From NCBI GenBank assembly GCA_965223845.1, contig CBDCXR010000004.1, positions 4,576,001 through 4,640,000 on the forward strand: a stretch of DNA of 64,000 bases, given 5' to 3'. This stretch comes from Planctomycetota bacterium (GTDB lineage Bacteria; Planctomycetota; UBA8108; SXIK01). How positions within the stretch are numbered: position 1 is the stretch's first letter; the number at the start of each line of letters is the position of its first letter. Shown here piece by piece: positions 30,577 to 39,911 of this stretch. The notes beneath the pieces were generated by a model. The model was not told the DNA's origin. It saw only the letters and a list, made by a program, of their open reading frames with translations, and ran no database searches. A program made the position numbers and the translations under genes.

Positions 30577-31905
30577 ATGAGAATCTCCCGCTCGCGACTC
30601 GCCGGAACCGCTGCCGCGCTCGTCGCCTTCTTCGCGTTCGCGTCTCCCGCATACGCGGCGGACGGCGAAATCAACGCCGGGGACACCGCGTGGATCATCG
30701 TCGCGACGACGCTGGTCCTTTTCATGAACATCCCGGCGCTCGCATTTTTCTACGGCGGGCTCGTTCGCACGAAGAACGTCCTCTCCGTCTTGATGCAGTG
30801 TCTCGCTCTCACTGCCGTGATCAGCATCGTGTGGCTCGTGTGCGGCTACTCGCTTTCGTTTGACTCGACGGGAATGGTCGAGGGCGAGACGGGGCTCCAT
30901 TCGTTCATCGGTGGCTTCGGGAAGGCATTTCTCAACGAGGTTACCGCCGATTCCGTGACCGGGACGATCCCGGAAGTCCTGTACTTCGCGTTTCAGATGA
31001 CCTTCGCCGTCATCACGCCCGGACTGATCGTCGGAGCGTTTGCCGAGCGGATGAAATTCTCCGCGATGCTCATCTTTTCCGTGCTGTGGGTTCTGCTCGT
31101 CTACAGTCCGATTTGCCACATGACCTGGGGAGGCGCAGGCGCTTTCTTCGCGGACATGGGCGTCTTCGATCACGCGGGCGGCATCGTGGTTCACATCACG
31201 GCGGGAGTCGCGGCGCTCGTCGCGTGCGTAATGATCGGGAAGCGTCGCGGCTATCCGAACGAACCGATGCCGCCGCACAACCTCACGATGACGTTCGCCG
31301 GCACCGCGATGCTCTGGGTCGGCTGGTTCGGCTTCAACGCCGGAAGCGGGCTCAAGGCCGACGGCGGCGCGGCGATGACACTCGTCGTCACCCACATCTC
31401 GGCGGCGACGGCGACGATGGTCTGGATCGTCATCGAGTGGATCAAGAACGGCAACCCGAGCCTCCTCGGCGCCGCGACCGGCGCGATCGCGGGACTCGCG
31501 GCCGTGACGCCGGCGTCCGGATTCATCGGCCCGGTCGGCGGACTCGTCATCGGGCTCGTCTCCGGAGTCCTCTGCTACTTCTTCGCGACGACGATCAAGA
31601 TGCGACTCGGCTACGACGACTCGCTCGACGTCTTCGGCGTCCACGGCATCGGCGGAATCGTCGGCACCCTGCTCGTCGCGATCTTCGCCGCGCCCTATTT
31701 CGGAGGAAACCAAACCGATCTCGCGATGGGATCTCAGTTCGGCGTCCAGCTCCTCGCGGTCGTCGTGACGATCGTCTACACGGTGATCGTGACGGCCGCA
31801 ATCCTCGTCGCCGTGAGGTCCACGGTCGGACTCCGCGTGAACGATGACGCCGAGAGTCGCGGACTCGATACGAGCCTCCACGAGGAGTCGGGGTACAACT
31901 TGTAA
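30577..31905 (+). CDS. amtB: Ammonium transporter
   Basis: GDTAW, FYGGLVR.KN, FQMTFAVIT, DHAGGIVVH, PHN, WVGWFGFNAGS, DDSLDVFGVHG; AGGAG RBS. Confidence 0.95.
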   Translation: MRISRSRLAGTAAALVAFFAFASPAYAADGEINAGDTAWIIVATTLVLFMNIPALAFFYGGLVRTKNVLSVLMQCLALTAVISIVWLVCGYSLSFDSTGMVEGETGLHSFIGGFGKAFLNEVTADSVTGTIPEVLYFAFQMTFAVITPGLIVGAFAERMKFSAMLIFSVLWVLLVYSPICHMTWGGAGAFFADMGVFDHAGGIVVHITAGVAALVACVMIGKRRGYPNEPMPPHNLTMTFAGTAMLWVGWFGFNAGSGLKADGGAAMTLVVTHISAATATMVWIVIEWIKNGNPSLLGAATGAIAGLAAVTPASGFIGPVGGLVIGLVSGVLCYFFATTIKMRLGYDDSLDVFGVHGIGGIVGTLLVAIFAAPYFGGNQTDLAMGSQFGVQLLAVVVTIVYTVIVTAAILVAVRSTVGLRVNDDAESRGLDTSLHEESGYNL

Positions 31906-32076
31906 ACCGCGACGGCGGAAGAGAAACCGGCGACCGAATCCGCGGTCACGGTCCACGAAAGCCGCAGCATCGACCCGAACACGGCCCCACGAGCTCTTCG
32001 TCGGATCTTTTTTTCGCTCTTTCGCCCAGTCCGGGCGACAAGAAGATGAACGACGAGAGTTCGAGGCCTACGGTCG

Positions 32077-35000
32077 ATGAGCATCCACGCCGAAGAGAGA
32101 GTTCTCTGGAAGCGCTGGCGGGACGAGAAAGATCCCGACGCGTTCACGGAGATCATCTCGCGCCATTCGGGGCTCGTTCACTCGGCCTGCCGGCGAGTGC
32201 TCGGAAGCGCGGCGGACGCGGACGACGTGACGCAGGAGTGTTTCGTCGAGCTTCTCGACGAGCGCCGGGACGTGCGTTCCGTTCCGGCGTGGCTGCACAC
32301 GATTGCCGTACGCCGATCGATCGATCGCCTCCGACGCCGGCGACGCGAGGAGCAAAAGAAGCGGGAGCTCTCCGCGGGCGGCGCAACGGAGACGTCCGAC
32401 CTCGATGAGGCACTCGGCCATCTCGACGCGGTGGTCGAGAGTCTTCCCTCGTCGCTCCGCGTTCCCGTCGTACTCCGCTTCTTCGAAGGGCGAACCCACG
32501 CCGCGATCGGGAAGGAGCTCGGCATCGCTCCGTCCGCCGTGCGCTATCGCCTCGAGAAGGCACTCGCCCGAATGCGGAGCGAGTTTAAGCGGCGAGGCTT
32601 GATCGCCGGAGCGGCGTTCGTCTCGTCCGTTCTCGGTTCGAATCTGGTCGAGGCGGCGCCACCGGCGCTCGCGAAGGCGCTCGGGAAGCTCGCCCTCGTC
32701 CGCAGCCTTCGCGCGAGACCGTCGATCGAACCGGACGCGGGGAGGATTCCTTCCGGACTCGAGCTCGGTGTGAGGTGGTTCGTCATGAGCCTGAAGCTGA
32801 AGTGGGTCGTTGGTGGTCTGGCGCTGGTTTTGGCTCTTCTCCTCTTCTACTTTCGGCCGTCCCCGACTCCGGACGGCGGGGCGGCGAGCGATCTCGCCAC
32901 CGCGGACGACACTAGGAGCACGATCGTAGACTTCGCTGCAAGCGTGCGCTGGAACGACACGGGCGAGCCCGTCGTCGGCGCGCGTCTCGAGTGGACGGCC
33001 GAAGGGATCGAATCCGCAAGTGCGACGACCGATGCGTCGGGACGCGGAGCGGTACGGGTGGAATCGATCTCTGGGGCCGTTCGAGTGTCCGCCGATCATC
33101 CCGGCGCACTCACACCGGTGACCATCGAGCTTGCCGCGGGCGGTGAACTTGCAGCAGAGATCGACCTCGAGCCGCGCGTGTTCGGCGCGACGGTCGTCGA
33201 CGCGCTCAGCGGTGATCCGATCGAGTCGGCGCTCGTCGCCGCGGGTGAAACCTCCGGCGCGACAGACGCGCGCGGGGCGGTCTCGCTCCGGCTCGTCGAC
33301 GCGGCCGTTCGCGTCGTCACCGTTACCGCACGGGGCTACGTCGCCGGGCGACTCGAGCTCGCGCCCGAAGACTCTCGAGAGTCACTTGGGGAAATCCCGC
33401 TCGACCCTGCGCTCACGGTTCGGTGCGTCGACGAGACGGGTGCACCCGTGGCCGACGCGGAGGTCTTCGTCGCGAGCGTTCTCCACCCGATCGCCGGCAA
33501 ACCGATCGACCCCAGCGAAGAGACCGTTCAAGAACACGGTCCCGTGCAATCGGGCGTCGATGGATCGGCTTCGTTCGAGACGATCTCCGTCCTTCCTCGC
33601 GGAGAAAGCGAATCTCGTGTGGTCTTCGCGCGGATTCCCCAAGTTCGATCCGGGTTCGCGCAGCTCTTCACCCGGGAGGATGATCCGCGGGTGGAACCGA
33701 TCGAAGTCGTGCTGCAGCCGATCATGAAGGTCGCCGGCACGGTTCTCGTACCCGACGGGTTTTCACCGACGAAAGCCAGAGTGCGACTCCTCTACACGGG
33801 CTCGCCGCCATTTTCGCGGCTCTCGGATCGGCGGACGCTCTTCTCCGATCACTTCGATGCCGCACCAAACGAGTCGGGCGAGTTCGAGCTCCCCGGAGCG
33901 CCGTGGGGCGCGACCGTCGCGGTTGGCGCCGAAGCGCCGGGGCTCGGCCAAGCCCAGTTCGCGAGCGCCGAACCCGAAGCGCTGCGCGCGATCGTTCTCG
34001 AAATGCGCGCGGAAGGTGTGATCGAGGGGACTCTCGCGTTCGCCGAAAGCGGCGAGCCGGCCGCTGGCGTCGTGCTCGTCGCCCATCCGCACGAAGACGT
34101 TCCGGCCGACGAAAACTTCGAGGCCGTCGTCGGTGAAGATGGCGCGTTCCGGTTCGACGGACTCGGCGTGAACGCGTATACGATCAACCTTCACCGCTCG
34201 CTTCACGGCGGTGAGTACACGATGGCCGTCTCAAAGCTGATTCGAATCGATTCAGGAGAAACCGTGCGCGGAGTCGATCTCGAGCTCGAGCGGGGCGCGC
34301 TCGTTTCCGGCCGGATCGTCGACGAGAGTACGGGAAGGACCGTCGCCTCGGCGATGGTCGGTGCGGTCAGCGGCGCGGGACCGCACACACAGGCCATCGG
34401 ATACGCACCGGCGACGAAGTCCGACGGACGCTGGGAGCTTCGCCTGCCCACCGGCAGAACGAAGGTCTACCTCGCCATGATCCCCCGCGGATTCGCGCGC
34501 GACCGAAACTTGAGCCAGCGGTGGATCGACATCGCACCCGGCGAGGAGTCCAAGGAAGGAATCGATTTCTTATTGCGGCCGGGCGCGCAGCGCATCCCCG
34601 GTTTGCCCGAACCCGGCGAAACCTACGCGAACGTCCACGGTCGCGTCGTCGACACCGACGGAGCTCCGCTCGCCGGCATCGAAGTGGCTGCTCATCGGCA
34701 GTACCACGTGGAAGAGGACGCGAAGAAGCGGAAGTTCTTCGTCAACCCGACGGCGCGCACGCGGACGAGCGCCGAAGGTGTCTACACGGTGCAAGTGATC
34801 GCCGAGAAGCCGTACAAGATCCGAGCGTCGGGAACGAAGTGGAGCTCGACCTGGAGTCCACAGCTGAGCGTCGAGACGAACGACACGACTGCGATCGACG
34901 ACCTCGTGCTTCGCGCGGGAACGAGCACGATCACCGGAATCGTCGTCGACTCGAAAGGACAGCCGCTCGAAGGTGCCCGATTGATCGTCTCGTCGGAGAG

Positions 35001-35679
35001 CAAAGCCCGGCGACTCGACGCGTTTCCCACGACGGACGCGACGGGGTCGTTTCGCATCGAATATCTCATCGCAGGCGAACCCGTCGAAGTCACCGCGACG
35101 CGAGCCGGTTACCATGCAACTCGACGCCGAGTCGCGCCGGGTGCGACCGACATTCGTCTCGAGCTCGACTCGGAATCCGCAAGGTCGGCCGGCGGAGACG
35201 ATCACCGCCCCGCGATCGTGAGCGCCGCGGATGCCATCGGGAGCGCCGCGCCCGAGTGGAGCGTCGCGGAGTGGATTCGCGCCCCGCGCGCTTCCACGTC
35301 CGTGCCACGTGCCGGCAGCGTGCCGACCGTGATCCTGTTTCCCCGGCTGATGGCCGATGCCGAGGGAATCGCCAGCGAGCTGCAAGAGTTCGAGACCATC
35401 TGCCGGGAAGCGAGGACGAATCCGGTCGCGCTCCTTCCGCGCCGCTACGACGCCAGCTACGTAGAGTGGGCACTCGAGGGGCGGCGCCTCTCCCTCGCGG
35501 TCGGCATCGATCGCAGCGTCCCGGGCGTTCACATGGGGGAGACCGCGCTCGCTTTCGGGCGCGCGGGCAACATCACGATCGTGATCCTATCGCCCGAAGG
35601 CATCGTGAGCGCGGTTACGTCGTCCCTAAGCGATCTCCGCGAAAAGCTCGCTGCGACGGAAACGAGCTCGGGCGAGTGA
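32077..35679 (+). CDS. ECF sigma-70 factor fused to a TM helix, carboxypeptidase-regulatory-like repeats and a degenerate thioredoxin-like tail
   Basis: Region 2 DADDVTQECF...WLHTIA and region 4 LPSSLRVPVVLRFFEGRTHAAIG; TM LKWVVGGLALVL; repeated GRVVDTDGAPLAG and TTDATGSFRI modules. Confidence 0.9.
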   Translation: MSIHAEERVLWKRWRDEKDPDAFTEIISRHSGLVHSACRRVLGSAADADDVTQECFVELLDERRDVRSVPAWLHTIAVRRSIDRLRRRRREEQKKRELSAGGATETSDLDEALGHLDAVVESLPSSLRVPVVLRFFEGRTHAAIGKELGIAPSAVRYRLEKALARMRSEFKRRGLIAGAAFVSSVLGSNLVEAAPPALAKALGKLALVRSLRARPSIEPDAGRIPSGLELGVRWFVMSLKLKWVVGGLALVLALLLFYFRPSPTPDGGAASDLATADDTRSTIVDFAASVRWNDTGEPVVGARLEWTAEGIESASATTDASGRGAVRVESISGAVRVSADHPGALTPVTIELAAGGELAAEIDLEPRVFGATVVDALSGDPIESALVAAGETSGATDARGAVSLRLVDAAVRVVTVTARGYVAGRLELAPEDSRESLGEIPLDPALTVRCVDETGAPVADAEVFVASVLHPIAGKPIDPSEETVQEHGPVQSGVDGSASFETISVLPRGESESRVVFARIPQVRSGFAQLFTREDDPRVEPIEVVLQPIMKVAGTVLVPDGFSPTKARVRLLYTGSPPFSRLSDRRTLFSDHFDAAPNESGEFELPGAPWGATVAVGAEAPGLGQAQFASAEPEALRAIVLEMRAEGVIEGTLAFAESGEPAAGVVLVAHPHEDVPADENFEAVVGEDGAFRFDGLGVNAYTINLHRSLHGGEYTMAVSKLIRIDSGETVRGVDLELERGALVSGRIVDESTGRTVASAMVGAVSGAGPHTQAIGYAPATKSDGRWELRLPTGRTKVYLAMIPRGFARDRNLSQRWIDIAPGEESKEGIDFLLRPGAQRIPGLPEPGETYANVHGRVVDTDGAPLAGIEVAAHRQYHVEEDAKKRKFFVNPTARTRTSAEGVYTVQVIAEKPYKIRASGTKWSSTWSPQLSVETNDTTAIDDLVLRAGTSTITGIVVDSKGQPLEGARLIVSSESKARRLDAFPTTDATGSFRIEYLIAGEPVEVTATRAGYHATRRRVAPGATDIRLELDSESARSAGGDDHRPAIVSAADAIGSAAPEWSVAEWIRAPRASTSVPRAGSVPTVILFPRLMADAEGIASELQEFETICREARTNPVALLPRRYDASYVEWALEGRRLSLAVGIDRSVPGVHMGETALAFGRAGNITIVILSPEGIVSAVTSSLSDLREKLAATETSSGE

Positions 35680-35745
35680 GCGGGCCAACCGTCGGACCCG
35701 ATTCAGTGTTGGAAGACGGCCCCGAGCAGGGCAAGATCCGATCCC

Positions 35746-36357
35746 ATGGACCTCGCCCAGATCTTCGGCCCGATCGACATCTACCTCTTCGACCAGATCC
35801 TGCGCGGACGGATCCGCCCAGGAATGCGGATCTTCGACGCCGGCTGTGGCGGCGGCCGCAATCTCGTCTACTTCCTTCGCGAAGCGTACGAGGTCTTCGC
35901 CGCCGACCAGGATGAGTCTGCCATCGCGAGCGTCCGCGAGCTGGCGCGCCGACTCGCGCCGCGTCTCCCTGCCGAGAACTTTCGGCCCGAGAAGCTCAGC
36001 GCGGTTACGTTTCCCGAAGGCTTCGCCGATGTCGTGCTCAGCAATGCGGTGCTTCACTTCGCCCGCGACGACGACGACTTCGCGGCGATCCTCCGCGAAT
36101 CCTGGCGCACGCTTCGCCCGGGAGGACTCTTTTTCTGCCGACTCGCCTCGACGATCGGCATGGAATCCCGAATGCAGCGAATCGCAGGGCGACGATTTCG
36201 CCTGCCCGATGGTTCGGATCGCTACCTCGTCGACGAGTCGATTCTTCTCGACTGGACGGAGAAGCTCGGCGGCGAGCTCGTCGATCCGCTCAAGACGACG
36301 GTCGTGCAGAATCAGCGTTGTATGACGACTTGGGTTGTGCGGAAAGGCTCGCCCTAA
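35746..36357 (+). CDS. Class I SAM-dependent methyltransferase
   Basis: Motif I RIFDAGCGGGRN; DVVLSNAVLHF; LRPGG. Confidence 0.9.
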   Translation: MDLAQIFGPIDIYLFDQILRGRIRPGMRIFDAGCGGGRNLVYFLREAYEVFAADQDESAIASVRELARRLAPRLPAENFRPEKLSAVTFPEGFADVVLSNAVLHFARDDDDFAAILRESWRTLRPGGLFFCRLASTIGMESRMQRIAGRRFRLPDGSDRYLVDESILLDWTEKLGGELVDPLKTTVVQNQRCMTTWVVRKGSP

Positions 36358-36498
36358 ACGAGGCGCGCGAAGAACGGTCGCAGTTCGCACCGCCGGGAAA
36401 CACTCTCGAGTACAATGTGACTCTCTCGAGAAGTCTTCCCATAGGAGCTGCTGGAGTAGACGCGCCGTTCTTACGATCGCGCGATTTGGAAAGACTCG

Positions 36499-37140
36499 AT
36501 GAAAACTGAAGGCCGCGCCACGAAGCGCAGACGCAGGATCGTCACCATCGTGCTGGGCGCCGCCGGTATCGGTGTCCTGCTGCTCTCGCTGGTTTTCTCG
36601 AAGGAATTCTTCGTCGTCTACTACGTTGACCGAATGGAATCCGACGCTGGTTTTCTGAATGAACTCACGGGGGATCTCGAAGACAGCACCAAGCACGAGG
36701 CGTTCCAGCGGTTCGTGAAAAGGCCAGAGGCGGTCCCCTTACTTATCGATGCCCTCCTTGCGCAGCCGTGGGACCCCTTCGAGAACGAGGAAGCACCGCC
36801 TATCGCGAACGCTCTCGTAGTTCTGGGGCCGAGCGCTGTTTCAGAACTCCAGGCATTCCTCGAAACTTGTGACCTCACGACGTATCAGGGCGAAGACAAA
36901 ATCCTCAAGGTGTTGGAACTCATAGGGACGAAAGCGAAATCCACGACCCCGATCGTTTCACAGCAGCTGAAGCATGATTACTGGGAGCTTCGGGAACTAG
37001 CCGTGAGCACATTGGGCGAGTTCGGCAAGGAAAGCGAAGCCGCACGGGCAGTGCTGCGAGCGGCCGTCAAAGAAAAGACGGACGTCAGAGGCGACGCGTG
37101 GGAGGCCCTGAAGAAACTCGGAGAAAAATGGCCTGAGTAG
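36499..37140 (+). CDS. Membrane-anchored HEAT repeat protein
   Basis: N-terminal TM; AVPLLIDAL, LRELAVSTLGEFG, VRGDAWEALKKL. Confidence 0.8.
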   Translation: MKTEGRATKRRRRIVTIVLGAAGIGVLLLSLVFSKEFFVVYYVDRMESDAGFLNELTGDLEDSTKHEAFQRFVKRPEAVPLLIDALLAQPWDPFENEEAPPIANALVVLGPSAVSELQAFLETCDLTTYQGEDKILKVLELIGTKAKSTTPIVSQQLKHDYWELRELAVSTLGEFGKESEAARAVLRAAVKEKTDVRGDAWEALKKLGEKWPE

Positions 37141-37282
37141 TAACGCGAGACCTCTTCTGTAAAGAGTCTCACTGAAGAGATGAGACTCCAGACGAGTTGC
37201 AATCGCGAATTACGCGACCGATCGGCGAAACGTCAAAAGTCGGCCACCCTCTCTGGCTATCCGAAAGAGCGAGGAACCGCGC

Positions 37283-37900
37283 TCACCGATACTTCTCGTG
37301 CATGCGCTCGCCTCGCGCTAGCTGATCGAGCGCCTTCGCGAGTCGTCGCTTCCTTGTCTCCTCTCGCTTCGCTGAGGCGATCCACTCGCAATACTCGCGC
37401 TGCGCCGAAGGCGGAAGCGAGTCGAAAAAAGCTCGTGCCTTCGCGTTCTTCTTGAGGCCGAACGCCTCTTCGAACTCAGCCGGAACCGCGACGGGCGGTT
37501 TCACCCTCTTCTTCCCCTGAGGCTCTACTCCTTCCGCGTCCAGTCGCGCTGCCTGCCGCACGAGCGCGACGAGAGACGCCTCGGGAATCGAGTCGCCCTC
37601 GAGCAACTTCACGCCGCGCGACTTGGCGTTGTCGAGGCCGTGGTTGAACACTCCGTCCGGGTCGTCGATGAACGCGCCGCGAAAGAAGTCGACGGTGAGG
37701 TGCTTCTTGAACGCCGCGAACCCGCACACGAGCGACTCGCCGGCGAAGCAGGGACAACCCCACTTCCAGTCTTCCTCGAGATCCGGCGCCGCGCGGTGGA
37801 CGATCGCCCGTAGGCGAGTGCACACCTCATCCCAGGGCGCGGGGAGCGCGGCGATGTAGGTATCGATTTTGGCGGAGGCTTCGGGGTGGCGCTGAGTCAT
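37283..37900 (-). CDS. DUF1801 plus YdeI/OmpD-associated domain protein
   Basis: IDTYIAALP...LEEDWKWGCP; FFDSLPPSAQREYCEWIASAKREETRKRR. Confidence 0.9.
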   Translation of the reverse strand: MTQRHPEASAKIDTYIAALPAPWDEVCTRLRAIVHRAAPDLEEDWKWGCPCFAGESLVCGFAAFKKHLTVDFFRGAFIDDPDGVFNHGLDNAKSRGVKLLEGDSIPEASLVALVRQAARLDAEGVEPQGKKRVKPPVAVPAEFEEAFGLKKNAKARAFFDSLPPSAQREYCEWIASAKREETRKRRLAKALDQLARGERMHEKYR

Positions 37901-37951
37901 TCGGGCTCGCCGCGGCGGCGCTTGGGTTTTTTGGGTTTCTCGGGAAGAGGT

Positions 37952-38207
37952 TCACACGAAGGACGCGAAGGACCGCGAAGGCAGACGAAGGGAGGAGAGA
38001 AGAGAAGAGAGATGGATGGGGAGGAGCCTGGGCGTACAAGACGAAGGGTGGAATTCCGCGACGGGATTCTCACGCCCCTGGTTCCGCGAGGTGGAGAAGA
38101 CGCGTCTCACTCTAACGCCTAAGCGATCGAGATCGATCATCTGCGAGTGCACTCTCTCATTCACTCTTCTTCGTCTGCCTTCGCGGTCCTTCGCGCTCTT
38201 CGTGTGA
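37952..38207. repeat. 39-bp inverted repeats (37/39 identical) around a 178-bp spacer; MITE-like or intervening-sequence-like remnant
   Basis: TCACACGAAGGACGCGAAGGACCGCGAAGGCAGACGAAG at 37952-37990 and its reverse complement, with 2 mismatches, at 38169-38207. Confidence 0.85.
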
Positions 38208-38234
38208 GTTCTTATCCCCATGCGCCCCACCGCA

Positions 38235-38591
38235 CTAGGAGTTTGCGATCTCGACGAGCACGTCCGCATGGCAATGTCCCGGCGGCGCACCGCACGGACA
38301 ACCGAGGTCGAACCCGCGGAGCTCCTCGCGGACCGTGTCCGTCGAGTAATCGAGTCGACCGCTCTCGAGAGCCTCTCGGTAACGCGCGATCGATTCGGCG
38401 TTCGTCTCGCACAGAAGATCGGCGACGGCGATCCCCCACTTCTCGGAGTATTTCCGAACGAGGCGCGGAGGCTTCTCGAGGTCGACTTTGCCGACCGGGA
38501 ACGGATTCCCCCACCTCGTGTTGCGCCCGACGAGTCGCTGGCGGTCCTTATCGACGCGCTGAAACCGCTTCGCGGCAAATCGCTTTGGCAT
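38235..38591 (-). CDS. DUF4326 domain protein
   Basis: VGRNTRWGNPF...ELRGFDLGCPC...CHADVLVEIAN; ATG 38591 after an AAGGGG RBS. Confidence 0.85.
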   Translation of the reverse strand: MPKRFAAKRFQRVDKDRQRLVGRNTRWGNPFPVGKVDLEKPPRLVRKYSEKWGIAVADLLCETNAESIARYREALESGRLDYSTDTVREELRGFDLGCPCGAPPGHCHADVLVEIANS

Positions 38592-38774
38592 CTGTTCGGC
38601 CCCCTTTGCGATGGCGCAGATGACGTCCGGCTCACCGTCCCTCGAAAGCGCGGCGGCACAAGGCGCGGAGTCAGCCGAACACCTCGTGGATTTCGTCCGC
38701 CCGCTACCCGACAATGCGGTCTTCTCGATAACCGATCTGCGCCGTAGCTCGCCCTCTCACTCGGAGATTCGTTC

Positions 38775-39911
38775 ATGTCCCACGCACGCTGGATTCTCAG
38801 CCTACTCTTTCTTCCCGGGCTCGTCTCGTTCGGATGGACGCAAGTCCCCGAGAGCGCGTTCAATCGCGACCCTTGGCCGATGGTGAAGGAAGGTCCCGTC
38901 AAGGTATTCATCCTGGCCGGGCAGTCGAACATGCAGGGGCACGCCTCGCTCCGCACGCTCGAGTATCTCATCTACAACGAAGAGACCGCGGCGGACTACG
39001 AACACTGGAAGACCCACGACGGACGGTGGCACGAACGGCGCGATGTGTGGATTTGGACCACCGACGGCAAGCGAGGCGGCAACCTGAAACCCGGCTACGG
39101 TGCGAACGAGATGAAGCTCGGACCCGAGCTCGCGTTCGGCTGGGAGCTCGGGAAGCATCTTCCCGAGCAGGTCCTCCTCATCAAAACGTGCTGGGGCGGG
39201 CGCAGCGTGAAACGCGACTTTCTTCCACCCTCGGGGGACATGCCGCCGGACGAAGTGCTCGCGGCGGAGCTCGAACGCGGACAAAAGCGCAATCCGAACC
39301 TCACCCTCGACGAAGTGAAATCTCGCTACGGGAAGGCCTACCGCGACATGATCGCGCACGTGAAGGATGTACTCGGGAATCTAAAGGAGCATTTCCCGGA
39401 CTACGACGCGGAGCGAGGGCACGAGCTCGCGGGCTTTGTCTTCTTTCAAGGCTGGAACGACATGGTGGACGGGTCGCAGCGCGGCGAGAAATACGTCAAC
39501 TACACGACGCGCCTCGCGCACCTCATCCGGGACATGCGTCGGGACCTCGGCGCACCGAAGCTTCCCGTCGTCATCGGCGAGCTCGGCGCGAACGGGAAGC
39601 GCGGCGATTTCCAAACGGCGCAGAAAGCGGTTGCGGCGATCCCCGAATTCGCGGGGAACGTCCAGTTCGTCGAGACCTGTGAGTTCTGGGAGCCGGAAGT
39701 TGCCGAGCTCGTGAACCAGGGCGTGTGGAAGGGTCCCGATTGGGTGAAGTTCTACAACGTCGGCTCCGACCGCGGATACCACTACCTCGGGAGCGCAAAG
39801 ATCTACTCCCGGATGGGGAAGGCGTTCGGCGAAGGGATGATCTCGCTTCTCGACGCGAGTGCGTCCTCTTCCGCCGGCGACGACTCGGAGGCGACGTCCG
39901 GCTCAGAGTAG
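38775..39911 (+). CDS. Sialate O-acetylesterase (SASA/SGNH) domain protein
   Basis: VFILAGQSNMQG, GPELAFG, LIKTCWGG, FFQGWND, YHY. Confidence 0.88.
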   Translation: MSHARWILSLLFLPGLVSFGWTQVPESAFNRDPWPMVKEGPVKVFILAGQSNMQGHASLRTLEYLIYNEETAADYEHWKTHDGRWHERRDVWIWTTDGKRGGNLKPGYGANEMKLGPELAFGWELGKHLPEQVLLIKTCWGGRSVKRDFLPPSGDMPPDEVLAAELERGQKRNPNLTLDEVKSRYGKAYRDMIAHVKDVLGNLKEHFPDYDAERGHELAGFVFFQGWNDMVDGSQRGEKYVNYTTRLAHLIRDMRRDLGAPKLPVVIGELGANGKRGDFQTAQKAVAAIPEFAGNVQFVETCEFWEPEVAELVNQGVWKGPDWVKFYNVGSDRGYHYLGSAKIYSRMGKAFGEGMISLLDASASSSAGDDSEATSGSE

